DNA from: Amoebophrya sp. A120
Lineage: Eukaryota; Protista; Dinoflagellata
Length of the DNA: 64,000 nt
Reading direction: 5' to 3'
Assembly: GCA_905178155.1 (NCBI GenBank)
Contig: CAJINV010000012.1
Coordinates: 2,006,618-2,070,617 of the forward strand
The notes beneath the pieces were generated by a model. That model was given only the letters and a program-made list of their open reading frames with translations, was not told the DNA's origin and made no database searches. The stretch's first letter is position 1. Each line of letters opens with the position of its first letter. Shown piece after piece: positions 37,497 to 50,061 of the stretch. Position numbers and translations under genes: made by a program.

Positions 37497-40400
37497 TCAT
37501 GGTGGAAACTGTTTCAACTTCCCTCTCTGGTCGAGAATCTGACGGAGTTCGCGAATCAATATTCTGGATTCGCTTTCGCTGTTCTTTTTGGCAGCATCAG
37601 AAGTTTGCAGCTTCTCCGCTGTTGTACGAAAATTACTTCGAAAAAAGTTCAAAGTCTCCACACTCTTCCCCTCATCGGGCCGCAGGAGAAAGGTGATATT
37701 GTGGCGATGCTGAAAATTATAACTTTCGGACTCACTGCCACTGCAGCCTGTTGCGTCTTTATAATCAAACTCGAAGTTTATCCGATGCGGCAACGCGGTG
37801 AAGATTTTGTTGGTGAAAAGCTCCAGATAATCACCGATCCAGAGGGTAAGGATAATGCTCTTGGAGCTGTCAGCTTGACCTTGAGCTCCACGGAAGTCCG
37901 TGCCGACCAATAAATCCTGAATTTTTACCCAGGATTTTTCTCCTAGTTCCGCTTCGTTTTCCGAAGTGGTTGCAGAGCTCCTTGTTCTCTCGTGGTCCTC
38001 ACCACCACTATCCTGTGCAAAAGTATCGTACTCGTATAAATGCAAGTAGTGCATTACGAATCTTGTTCCCAAGGCAAATCTGCATTACAAATTTTCTTTC
38101 TCATGCTGAGGAAATTTGTAATGCATTTATACGAGTGCGATACTTTTGCAATTCATAACCAGCAGGTAGTAGCAACTCCAACCCCCTCCTGGCCAAAGAC
38201 AAGGTCAAAAAGGTCGCGTCGGTATGGGCGGGGAACGAAACACCGGATGAAAGCGCGGAAGTTTTAGAACAAGGTGCTGCAGCTGCTTCTTGTGCTTCCA
38301 CATTTTTATCGTATCTACTTTCTACTACAGGCGCTGGCTCGTCTTCATTTCTCGTTTCCACCTGCTCGGCATGACAAACTCGGGGCTCGTACCTTGAGCA
38401 TCGCAGCACGGACGCAGAAACGGAAAAGCTGTCCTCGTCTTTTTCATCGCACAGAAGTATGAACTGCAAAAGTATCTATCGTACTCCTACTCGTATAAAT
38501 GCATTACAAATTGAAATTCCCTCACCTCCATGAGAAATAAGATTTGTAATGCTGATTTGCCTTGGGAACAAGATTTGTCATGTTGCAAGACTTGCATTTA
38601 TACGAGTGCGATACATTTGCACTGGATAAGAAGCTCTGTGAAGCAATTTATTCTCCTGGTCGCGTGGTCCGCGTTTTTCCCACTACTTGAATTAGATTCA
38701 GACAACGCCTTCTCGCATGCTGACAGAGACGCAGCACAACAACAGCTCCCTTTACTTGTAGTTATTTCCCGTACTTGAAGTAGACAACTCTCTTGCTGCT
38801 CCAACGTGCTGGCCGCGCAGAATTCAAAGATCCAATCCAGCGCCTCGGTCGCCAAATCGCGCAAAAAATTGTAGGAAAAACTTCCCAACGCGTGCTGCAA
38901 CTTCGGCCGGATGCCAAGCGGAGTGTTTTTCAGATCAAGGAAATCCGCGTTGTGCCGTTTGGTGTAACCGCACTTCACAAGATTGCTCCACTTTTTCATA
39001 GAAGTAGACGGTTTTGCAGTCAGTGCAGTAGTTCTTGTTGAGGGTTCATCATTGAGAGAAGCTCTTGACGGCGGCGCGGCGGTCGCACGGCCGTGCGCAT
39101 CGTTGTCCAGTCGCCTTCTTGGCGTGACGTGGTCATCCTTATTGCTGTCGCCAACTTCTTCCTCAAAGTAGCCTTGTAGGTTGCGCAGTTCGGTTATGAA
39201 GGCCTCAGAATGGAAATTCTCAAAGTGAAAATCATTTGTGATGCATGAAATGCGACACCAGAAAGACTGTATTGCAGAGAAATGCAGGTCGACTATTGTG
39301 CTTCCACGGGTTCAGAATTGGGCTGCTGACTAGCATGAGAGAAGGGCACCGCTTTGCCTAACTAGCATGACAGACACGTAGGTTTGAGTGCCCGGAAAAT
39401 TTGTCATGCGCCGACTAGAAATGGTGTTCCAACTGGAGTCGTTTCTTTGCATTACAAATTATTCTCACTTTGAGGATTTCCAACCTGAGGCTTTCATATC
39501 GGTGAAAAGTGCGGCAGAAGCTTCTGGGTCCGTCACTCGCAGGAGCACGTAGCTGTTCTGTTGAAGGAATGAAAGGCACTGCTGCCTGATTGAATTTTTG
39601 TCCTTACTACAGATGCTTGGATGATGAAGATTAAGATCTCCTATTAGTTCGCCCACACCAGGGGAGGCACCTCCTGCTCCAGTAGAATCACCCTTCTTCC
39701 GCACGTCAGAAAGATCGAAAATGGGCGGCGAAGTGTCGGCCGTTGACGAGGTTTTTGAACCGGGGAGAGTACCTCCTTGAATAGTATCGAAGTCATTTTT
39801 CTTCGTTTGGGTGAAGGCATTCCGCCCAGCAGGAGTTCGATCATCTACTTCACATGTTGGGGACAAGCAGGGGACTACACCCGCAACGGCATCCCCATCT
39901 TTTACGCGATTGCATTTGCAGCGAACTACACCCGCCCGGCATATTGCAGACATCCCTTTCGACGTTTTGGTAGAAGAGTCTTTCTTGCTGAGCCGTGAAT
40001 GATTGCACCAGCAAATCAGTAGACTCTATAAATTTTTTCCTACTAGAAGAGATTGCGCCGTGCTAGTAGGAGAAGCTTGTCATCGTCAACCATCAGCACA
40101 ACACGCAACAGGTGCACTCAAAACGATAAAAGTTATGCCCTTTGAAAAAGTGCACACCCAGCAGCAGCAGCAGCAGCATCTCGTGTTACAAATTATACAT
40201 AGTTGGGACATAATCATCTTCAGGTTCAGGCATCATCGTCAGGCAGACTCCCTGCACTCATGGCGACACCCAGCACTTCCTTTTTGCAACCATCAGTTAC
40301 CAACAGACGATATTAGGTAGCAACAGCACCAAGCAAATCCGCTACCTATCACGATGACGATACTCGAATTACATTTCACGCCCACACAGAACGTAGAAAT

Positions 40401-40692
40401 AATACGGATGCCTGCTATGCATCTTCAGCCAGTACTCGCAGACTCAACTGCATTCCGCAGCTTCTCAGAGCAGGCCACAAGAACCGCGCCGGTGTCATTA
40501 TCTCTTTGTTCTTTCTTTCGTCGCGGGTGTTCCTCCCTGTGCAGTATTCGTCTCACTTTTTGAATGCAGATCCTGTCGTGGCGTTTTCGCACAAAAACTA
40601 CACCTCACAGCGATCATTTTTGCAGGCAAGGCAGGGTTCTCTTCATATCCCAGCATTTGCATTTGGCGTTTCGCATCAAGGTCAAAGCTCAT
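37497..40692 (-). CDS. 2OG-Fe(II) oxygenase (IPNS/DIOX-like); 5' end uncertain
   Basis: HxD motif AHTDATFLTL...GLEL; IGDYLELFTN...PHR; RHNITFLLRP. Confidence 0.75.
38009..38157. mobile_element. IE family A
   Basis: Family A TIR; flanks ACCAC/ACCAG. Confidence 0.9.
38458..38628. mobile_element. IE family A
   Basis: Family A TIR; DR AGAAG. Confidence 0.9.
39195..39498. mobile_element. IE family G
   Basis: TATGAAGGCCTCAGAATGGAAAT...CCTGAGGCTTTCATA; DR TCGGT. Confidence 0.92.
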
Positions 40693-40852
40693 TGGTTTGA
40701 TAGATTGTCCTGAGTGGAAGTAAAGTATTAAAACTGACGAGTGGTACGACGAAGAAGTTTGGAAATGAACAAAATCAATGCTTCTATTTTCGTGGCTTTC
40801 GCTTTCTTTGGATGTTGTTGAGAGATCTACAACACAACTACCTTGCCTTTCA

Positions 40853-43800
40853 TCAGTTGTGTGGTTCACAACTACTGATAAAGAAGTCGTCCAAGGACGA
40901 GCTCTCCGGTGCCTTGTCCTTCGTCACTCTCTCTTGCTGAAAATGTCCTCTTTCGTGGACCGGGACAGTATAGTCGAGGACTGCTAGTCCACCTACCGGT
41001 ACATCAACCCGTAGCGCTTCGTAGTGCTCAGGACTATAGGAGCTTCTCGTTGCAGCTCCACCATGTTCTTGATCTCCGACCAGCTTGCTGGAAGTACTAT
41101 ATTTCCACCTGTCGTCATACACGTAGCTGGGCTGCTTGCGGAGCGGCTGTACGAGGACTCCAGAGTTGCTATCCTTATCCACGCCCTGTGCGGGGGAAAC
41201 ATTCTTAATATCGGGCGAGTGACGAGTTTTTTTAACTCTGTGCCTGAGTCGTTCACTTCTCTTTATCGAAGAAGCCGATGATGAGGCCACCTCCGACGAA
41301 CTACCCGCTTCACTATTTCGGGCGGGAGAATGTGAAAAATGTCTAGAACTTGTTCGACGTCGACCGCCGCGGAACGCATTGCGAAGCAGCAGACAAAGGT
41401 TGCTGTTGCTGCAGGTTGCGACACTCGTCTTCTTGACGGAGCTGGACGTAGATGCCCGTCGAGCGGCGGCGAGACTGGTGCTGCCGCGTAGTTCCTCCTT
41501 CGCCACGGAACCTCGCCGCAGATTTTCGTTATTTGACGTTGTAGTTCCTGCTGCTCTTCTTGCCTTTTCATTCTCGTAGTTATCGACGTGTTGATGACAC
41601 GAACTTCCAGCACTTTCCTCATTTTTACCAGTGCACCCGTCAGGAGCTCCCGCGCCGGCCGTGTCGTGGTTATCAACTGTAAAAATGTCTGGGTATCCTG
41701 GAAGATGAGTGCCAGACTTGTCATGCAGATTTTCCATCACCCATGAGGTCTGCTATGTAGGACATAGTATGACAGATTCTGTGAGTGTTCCATCATGCCT
41801 TTCCTGCATGAGAAACTGCCTCTCGATTAGGTCAAATGTGGACAGCTTTTGGTAATCACGCAACACAGTTTTTTACATGTTGCAGATTTAGCATGACAAG
41901 TTGCTTTGTCCCAGACCCAGACATTTTTACGTTTCATAGTGGTGGAAATTGTGCAACGACCCGTGATGCAGGTCCACAAACATCTCCTCCGGCAAATGCC
42001 CGCTGATGTAATCATATCCTGTGCAAAAGTATTGTACTCGTAGTAATCGCAGTGATGCATTACAAATTGCTTTCTCAAATGAAGTCCGCATGACAAATTT
42101 TATTTCTCATGCTGAGGAAATTTGTCATGCGATTTGTACTAGTACGATGCTTTTGCATTTCATAAATCAAAATAAAAGCTGCGGGTCCGCTTCGCAATGT
42201 CCTCCGCGTTCTGCAGCTTCTTCCGACGCCGACACAGGCGCAGAACCCCGCAACACTTGTCGATACACATCAAAAATAACAGAACGAAAATGCCCGTCAC
42301 CATCAGGGTCGTAACCAAACCGAAAAGGCTGGACGCCATCAGGAGATTGTCCATAGCCCGCTGGTAGACCGCGTCGTCTTGCTGCTGTTGCGTCAACATC
42401 AAGTCGGCTTGCTGGTTTTCTTGCAGTAATAACGGCGAGGGTAGGAAGAGACCCGCGAGCTTTGCTCCGACAAGGGGAAGAAAATTCACCGGATTTAGTT
42501 TCTGAAAAAAACCTCCTGCAGCAGCAGCAGCATCTTCGAGGGCGTCTTGCGCCAATGCCGGGGGAGGTAGTTCGGACGATGAGAGGTGAGGTGATTCTGA
42601 TTGTAGATGTAATCCACTGTTTCTCCCGGCGGCTGCAGCAGACGGCGTAAAACTATCGTCAAAACGGAGCGGACGGTCATTGTTGCCGAGTTTTGGTAGA
42701 TCAGGATTTTGCAGCACAAGGTCACTCATTTCATCCTCGTCAGCTTCCTCGAATAAGTTAGCGGCCAAAAAGGACTCGTGATCTCTACTTCGTGACGGGC
42801 TGGTACTTTCTCCCGTCCCTCCTTGTTCTCGGCTAGTAGTAGTACCTTGCCGCAGCTCGCGAGGACTGAACCGTCTCGGCCGTTGTTGCCCTTTCGGCGT
42901 GGCGGCAACTACGACCCCGTCGTGGATGGGACCAGTGCTTCCGGCATAAAGATCTTCTGATACTGATGCAGGAACCTGCGCAGTACTTGGAATTCGAATT
43001 TCATCTTCCCGTACAAAGCTCTGGTTTCTTCGTTTCGGTGGGCCAGCAGCTGCAGGTGGAACTGCAGCGGCCGAAGTTGGAGACATCACTGGCGCACGAC
43101 CATCGTGGTCCCCTTGCCGCAACGCCAGCGGACTGGAAGCCGGCGGGGCCGCTCCTGCAAGAGAGTTGTAGTCCGTGGTTCCAGAAGGTCTGGTTGATGT
43201 CCCGAACAACTTGACCACGAAATATCGAAAAGCATCCCGCCTCAATTTCTGCAACAGCCCGGAGGAGGACATCCCGGGTGCAGTTGTCCCAGCGGTGGAA
43301 CCCGATAGTAGATTCCCCGATGGTTGTCTCCGCCCACTGCCATTTGTGTTCCGCAGTGTCGTTGATGATGTTGTTGCCATGTGGTTCACTTCTCCTCCTC
43401 CTGCACCAGCACCACCGCCTGCTGCCCCGCCGGCGTACATGCTTTGATCGTCGAGCGTCGACTGTTCAAGTTCATCTTGCCCGTCCAGCTCGGAATAGTT
43501 GTACTGACTGAAACCGTCATCCCCGCCGCCCGCGAGGAGCATTATCCTGAGTAAAAACGTACCCACACCAGAGTTGTAATGCAGATTTGCAAAGACAGAA
43601 AGACTTGTAATGCGCATCCCCATGAGAGCCATTTCCAATCGTGTTTTGGAATTCGTGATGCTGTGAACAGGAGGAGCAGATGAATCTGTGATGCGGCTGC
43701 ACTTGCTAACCTGCACTACACTGCATAGTGCAACTTGTCATGCGTGACTCCTAAAACTCCTAGGTTTGTGTTGCAAAATCCTCATCTTGACTCTGGTGTG

Positions 43801-45437
43801 GGTACGTTTTTACTCAGGATAAGCATCCCATCTACTTCGTCGTCGCCGGCAGAGGAAATGTGCTTCACAAACTCGATCAAATCTTATGACAGTGCACAAC
43901 TCCCCCTCCCCCTCATTTGTCATGCAAAACACCAAATCCAGGCTGTGCCTCTTGGCAGTGTTTGCATGACAAACTCAGGAACTCCAAACAGTAGTACAAT
44001 CCACTATAGATTTGTCATGCAAAACCGGCATTCTTGCTGATCCTTGTATTGCCGCTTATGCTATACATCAAATGAGGGGAGGGGGAGTTGTGCACTGTGA
44101 TAAATCTCGCCAGGCCTCCATCTCGCCGGTCAGAACCGGCTCGGCGATGCACAACTCGGTGAATTCGCAGTACCCGTTGTAGAGTTGCCGGATGACCAAG
44201 TTCAGGATGGTCGCCGTGTGAACTTTTTCGTACGTGTTGCCCCGCTCTGGGTGGTTCGGATCCGGCGGACCCCAGGCCATCTGGTATTCATATAACGAAA
44301 AAGGAGCTTATCACTCATTTTGGATGCGACAGGAACAACACGACCCGTCGCCCGCCAAGCAAACAGGACTAGTGAAAGCAACCGATAAACAGGAAGAGAA
44401 CGATTGAAAAGATTTTATTTAAACGTAGTTTGCAAATGTAAATGTTGAAATACGAAAACGTCCTTGACCCACATGGTATCCCAGCCCCAGATGACGGAGT
44501 ACAGCCTTGTTTGCTGAATCGCGATCTCTTTCAACCGTAAGTCATCGTTCATGGCCTCCTTGATTTTGTACAGACTCGTCAATGGGTTCTGGAAAACGGA
44601 GTTCGCAATACGCCGGATGTTGGATTCCTGGGGCGGCAATGCCGGAATCGCGTTCTGGATGTATTGCGGGATCTCCTTAAACATCTCGGCCCAGGTTTTC
44701 GACCGGTTCAAAGCCGACTGTGCCGGCGGCTGTTGAGAAGATGGTGCACCAGCCGCAGATGGGTTATTTTGTACAAAAGAGGCAGCTTTACTATTTGCCT
44801 GTCCTGCGGCCGGGGAAGGTGGCGTCCCCCGTCCTCCTTGCTGCGGAGGTGGTCCACGCGCAGCGCCGGCTGCTCCAGGTGTTTGGCTGCTCCAGGTGTT
44901 TCGTCGAGCTAGTTGTGGCACGGACACGGAACGCGCAGCCGCGCCGCTCGCCCCGGGGCCTCCACGACTACAAGTATTTCGACTGGCAGAGGATATTGAT
45001 GACCCTCCGGCGCTTTGATTCAGCGTGCCACCGGTTTCGCCCTGGACGAGTTGTTGCTGTAATAATCGGATCTGTCGCTGCTGCAGTTGGGGTTGTTGTA
45101 GCGGTTGTTGAAGACCAGTCCCAGGTGCTGACCCCGGACCCGGTACAATAGAGTTCTGCCTCTTGAATGCGGGGACGGTCGGCGGCCGGTTTCGACTAGA
45201 CATGGAGCCGCCCGCTGCTGCTCCCGCCGCCGCGAGAGGTGTAGTTGTAGCACCAGCATGAGACGACGAGGCACTGCCGCGACCACGGGGAAGGAGGGGT
45301 GGCATTTTTGGAGCTCCTGGTGCTCCTGCGGCCGCAGTGGTGTTGCCGTTTTGTTGCATGATTTGGTGCTGATAATTTTGTAGTTGTGGCCCTCCAACTG
45401 CTCCTGTAGGTAGAGTATTTTTACCCGCCTCACTCAT
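40853..45437 (-). CDS. Hypothetical low-complexity protein with one TM helix
   Basis: ORFs join across 4 IEs and one GT-AG intron (~44281-44459); TM LFGLVTTLMVTGIFVLLFLMCI. Confidence 0.6.
41671..41938. mobile_element. IE family B
   Basis: Family B TIR; DR GTGGT. Confidence 0.9.
42015..42164. mobile_element. IE family A
   Basis: Family A TIR; DR AATCA. Confidence 0.9.
43543..43821. mobile_element. IE family H with a perfect 32-bp TIR
   Basis: TATCCTGAGTAAAAACGTACCCACACCAGAGT at both ends; DR AGCAT. Confidence 0.93.
43885..44102. mobile_element. IE family C
   Basis: TATGACAGTGCACAACTCCCCC TIR; DR AATCT. Confidence 0.92.
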
Positions 45438-46242
45438 GCCCCCCTCGCGGAGGCTGGCTGTTCATCTTGTTTCTGCGTATAATATTTTACTACCACGTCT
45501 TCTTACATCAGGATCACAACCGGAACCGCTAGAAGTAGATTATTTTAGTATACTGATGGCGTAAATAGGGGGTAAACCGATAAAAACAAGACATAACCGA
45601 CAAAAGCAAGACTGAAGAAAACCGAAAGTAGAATTGCTGCGCACAAAGTCGATGATCAAGAGCCGCGGTCAATCATGTTGACCTCTTTTTGTTTATTTCA
45701 ACATCGACAACATCGGTGGATCATGTGTAAGCAATATACAACTCAACACACACAAGATGTTCTTGTTGATCAACATTGCCAACTTGTAATTCAGAACGAA
45801 CCAGATCCAGGAAGAAGACACTAGATCCGGGGAAAACAATAAGCAACACAGCAGATCGCCATGCCCATCGGAGCCGACGCATTCGCACATTCATGCCGTA
45901 CTACTTACAACGACGGACAAAAGTTGTGCGTCGCCTTCAAGGTGGTTCTGATGGTCGCTCTCGCTTCTGGTTCGATCCGCACTGAAACCAGAGGCATCTA
46001 GATTTTTTTCAGGCGGGTCAAAGAATATCTCGTCGCAAGTGTTCTTTTTGTTCTCAGCGCGGCGTGGCCGAAGGAGGAGCCAACCGTAGTCAACAAGAAT
46101 AAGTCATGTTTTTAGCTATCCCTTTCTCATCATCTTGTTCCTTTGCAACATGATGCCAATGTGAAAATCTAGCAATGAAAAAAGTAAAAGAAACGTTTCT
46201 CTACTGCGAAAAATAAATCGTGAGCCAAAGCTGCTTTTTCAA

Positions 46243-46770
46243 TCAATCCGCCATTGGATCCACATCGTCTATCACACCGCCGAAAATTCCCCCGCCACCA
46301 ATCACTCCGTGCGCTTCCTCGTCTATCTGACCCGGCCGATTGTAAAACTTCGCGTCGTTCTGCTCGAACTCGTCCGGTTCCTCTGTCGCGAGTTCTCCTA
46401 ATTCCCCCAACTTGTCCACTACTAAATTGCACAACAAATCGCCAAAACCGCCCTTGTCCAGCGCCGACATCACCTGCTCAAAGGACTCGAATTGTTGGGA
46501 GATCAGGGATTGTGCGGCGTCCTCGGTACTGTCTTCCAACACGGTGTAGGCCGTGTCCGCGGCGAGGGATAACTTCAGCCTCCTGTTCGGTTGTCGTTTG
46601 CTGGCGAGGAAGAAAAAAGCCTGGTCGTCATCCGCATATTCGATGGTCATCTCGCTGTAGAATTTGTGATGGTGCTGCTGGATGAATTCCAGGTCTTTCA
46701 CCATGGATGGCGGTTGGGAGGGGTCCTGGGTGAAGAGGCCTGCTTCCTCTTCGAAATGAAGTTGGGCCAT
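46243..46770 (-). CDS. Small acidic protein, possibly with a GSKIP/DUF727 domain
   Basis: 175-aa intronless ORF; FESFEQVMSALDKGGFGDLLCNLVVDKLGEL resembles the GSKIP C-terminal helix. Confidence 0.5.
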   Translation of the reverse strand: MAQLHFEEEAGLFTQDPSQPPSMVKDLEFIQQHHHKFYSEMTIEYADDDQAFFFLASKRQPNRRLKLSLAADTAYTVLEDSTEDAAQSLISQQFESFEQVMSALDKGGFGDLLCNLVVDKLGELGELATEEPDEFEQNDAKFYNRPGQIDEEAHGVIGGGGIFGGVIDDVDPMAD

Positions 46771-48041
46771 GATTTTTGTCTCTCGTTTTTCAGGTTCCTT
46801 TTTCTTCTAGCAAGGTATGGTAGTTTTCAACTCGGCTAAAATGACACAGAAATGGTCTGGAGCAGAATGTCGTGCTGTGGCTTCAAAATAGAAGACGTAC
46901 ACTCCCTCGTCAGTGGGCTTCAAAATAGGAACTACTTCACGTACTATCAAAATCTTTCAAGTCTCGACCAATTATACCCGCAATTTCGACTAACTTTCCC
47001 ACCATATTTACCCGTAGCCTGAAAAAAATGCAATGCACATCACGCAGATATCAATGAAAAAACGCAAAACTTGCACATGGTCAACAGGAAAAAAAGGAAC
47101 GTCGATTGGTTTTCAGTGGTTTCATCGTCGCTACAGTACTAAATTCAGAACGGTTCTTTGTTCATTCGCTGCCATCGATCTGTGAATGTGACTGTGTTGA
47201 TCGTTACTTCTCACGGCGACAAATGACTTCTGTACACGTCTTGGTCTTGGTATAGTTTTCGCTTCTTTATTTCCGGCGTTGCCCCCATGAAATTGCTGAC
47301 AACTAATGAAGATTTATTTATGCAGAAGCTTCTTCCAACCTGATTTACTACATCTACAAGAACGGACTTTAAACTTGCCACACGACGAGAAGACGAACAC
47401 ATATCTGGGCTCTTCAAAATTTACGGTGGGCCGACTGCTTTTCAAAATATTCTCTGGTGGATATCAAACTCGTAGAGTGCCCATTCATGTCAAAATTTGT
47501 ACAGAGTGTTGTAGTGGAAGTGCTGTAAGTCGAACTGACGCAAAAGATCAAATAGGCATAATTACACTTCTCGTCAAGTCCTTGGCTCCGGCTACTTGAC
47601 AAGACGGAACTCTGGGGTTAGATGTCCATTCTTGTTTGTAATATGAAGATCAACGTTTTTCTTTTTAAATTTCTCTTTAACTTGCAGGAGAATGCAGGAG
47701 AGAGTCAACATCTCGTGAAATAATTCGCAACATCTATCACAAACCAAAACAAAATTTCCAAAATAAATTCTTCACCAGGAGTCACCGTCTACTTCACAGG
47801 CGCGAGAGTTGTCTGCTTTTGTAGCTCCAGAAGGGGCGGTCGTGAAAAATTTTCTAAAAGAGCAAAACAGAGAGGTGTTCGTTGCTCTGCTGTGGATACC
47901 GGAAAGAATAAGAAACAGCAAGATAGTGGTCAGTGATAAATACGCAGCCTTTGTTCCGGAAATTCAATTGCGACGAGAACTAGAAGACCGCTACTCCTTA
48001 TTTCGGCTACTGTCACGCCTGTGGTCCACCCAGCATCTACC

Positions 48042-48506
48042 TTAACTACAGGAGCAGCAATCCGTCTTCTCGTTTCTGGTGCTGCTGCGTGCCGGTGCAG
48101 CGTTGTTTGCCGGTGCAGCGCTGTCTAGTACCGGTGCAGCGCTGTTTACCGATGCGCCCGGTGCGCTGCTGCTTGTCCGTGGTCGTGGTCCGTCGACCAC
48201 CTTACAGCACTTGTCTGCGACCTGCTTTTCGTTTGAGTTCGCGTCGAGTTTAAGACTGTGTTTGGAGACGTCGTAAATGAGGTGGCTGTTCGCTCTTTCA
48301 TCCCAATTCCTCCAGACATGGCACAAGTCATCATACTGAGCGGTCTGGGACTGGGCGGCCTGGTAATGATCGCTTCCCGAGGATGCTGTGCCTTGGTCAG
48401 AAAAATTCATAACAGGTCCTGTATTCAACGGCGGCCGTCGTGCGTCGTTCAAGCAAAAATCGCCGAACATCCATGCGACCAGAGGCGAGTTCAGGTCCAA
48501 TCGCAC
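48042..48506 (-). CDS. Hypothetical protein with short SAAP/NAAP repeats
   Basis: 154-aa ORF; CCGGTGCAGCG repeated 3 times at ~48092-48142. Confidence 0.35.
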   Translation of the reverse strand: MRLDLNSPLVAWMFGDFCLNDARRPPLNTGPVMNFSDQGTASSGSDHYQAAQSQTAQYDDLCHVWRNWDERANSHLIYDVSKHSLKLDANSNEKQVADKCCKVVDGPRPRTSSSAPGASVNSAAPVLDSAAPANNAAPARSSTRNEKTDCCSCS

Positions 48507-50061
48507 CGCCCGCGAGTATCACAGCCGCCGTCCGCTGAAGCTTCATTGTTCCGAGCAAATGAACCACTGCCAGAGCAAAGAAGCAAATCAGATGAACTGT
48601 TCTTGAAACAAGCTGTCCTTCCGAAAATCAGAATCTGAAACTACAACTAGTACGCTGTGTTGTACAACTTGAAACGAAAAACCACCGGGAATATCAATGA
48701 TGAAAATCGTTGTGATGTGATGAATGTCGTGCAAATCGAAGTTAATCTTAATGCGTGTCACAAAATGACAGGGACCTCCACCTCCCTGGCCGAACGATTA
48801 ATAAGTACTTGAAGGTGTCGAAAAATAGATAGAGCCTGGCACTGAAACCACCACGTCACGACCACGCCACCTCGCTCATCTGAGAGACGAGGCAACTACC
48901 GATGCTAAGATGGAAGAGGTCGAAAACAAAACCGACGTTGCTTTCACGCACAAAAAGGACTCTTGTTCACTACCGACTCCGACATTGCAGACTCAACATG
49001 CAGGTTTGACAGGATTCAGATTCTCTCATAGTTCACAACGATCATGAGCCGAATTTTTATGCGCTTTCACAATTTGGAACGATAAAAATTTTCACAATTT
49101 GGACCGATAAAAAGCGTTTTGAAAAACTGACACTGAGATGGCGGAGTCTAGAAAATAACCGAAGCAATACCGATAGATACATCAAAGTGGAGAAGTTTAT
49201 AACCTTCGCTCGAGGACGACGAGACATAACTTGGTTAGCTTTGGTATTTTGATGGGGTATCCAAAGCTAAACCCATGTTAGTGAAAAGTCGAAGTGGTCG
49301 TGCAGCTATCTAATACGATGAAAAATGAAGAGCAGGACGGTATAAAATCCGCGGTCTGGTAGGCTGCACTTCTTTCCCGACAAATTTTGCCTCGTCGGAA
49401 CATCAACACCTTCCCGTAGAACAGGTCGTCTTGTTGTCGCTTCAAGCATCTACAGCATGCATTTCTCAGGTTCTATATCACAGCAGCACACAATAAATTT
49501 TATAGCGTTTAGCTTGCTTGATGCTCTCATCTTGACACTTCAAGTGCTTAAACAGCGCCTCACATTTTTGCCTACAAGTGCTAGAGGCTCGTCCGGATTT
49601 CACAATGTGTTTAATCCTCTTGAGAATAAGCTGAAAGTGAAATAGTTAAAACAAAATCGATCTGCTTGTCGCTGGAAAATCTTATAAGTAAACTTCATCA
49701 CGTCGCCGGTCGCTACTAGGACTAATTGCAGTTGTAGAACTACTGACGTCATTAGATTTCAAAAAAAAGGTGATTGAAAAAAACTTATGGCCAGGAGGAG
49801 CACGGGGCCATGCTGGCGTCGCTTGATTGTCGCCAAAAAGGGATAGGAAGCGATGATGTCCTTATTTTAGAGGTAGGAGCTCTTCCTGCTCTACTTCACA
49901 CGTGTACAACTCACGGTCACAACTGATAACGATAAGGTCGAGCTGACAATAATTGTAGCAGTAGCAGATGAGCTCTTCTTGGTTATCTATTACGTCCACC
50001 TTTTAGCGCGTCTTCCCCTAGCCCCAGTGAAGTTCTAGTCCCACAGCCACAACTAGTATTC

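Noticed and set aside
46825-46850. Possible relic dinoflagellate spliced leader upstream of ORF 46243-46770
   Set aside because: Only a weak partial match (CATTTTAGCC); not distinguishable from chance
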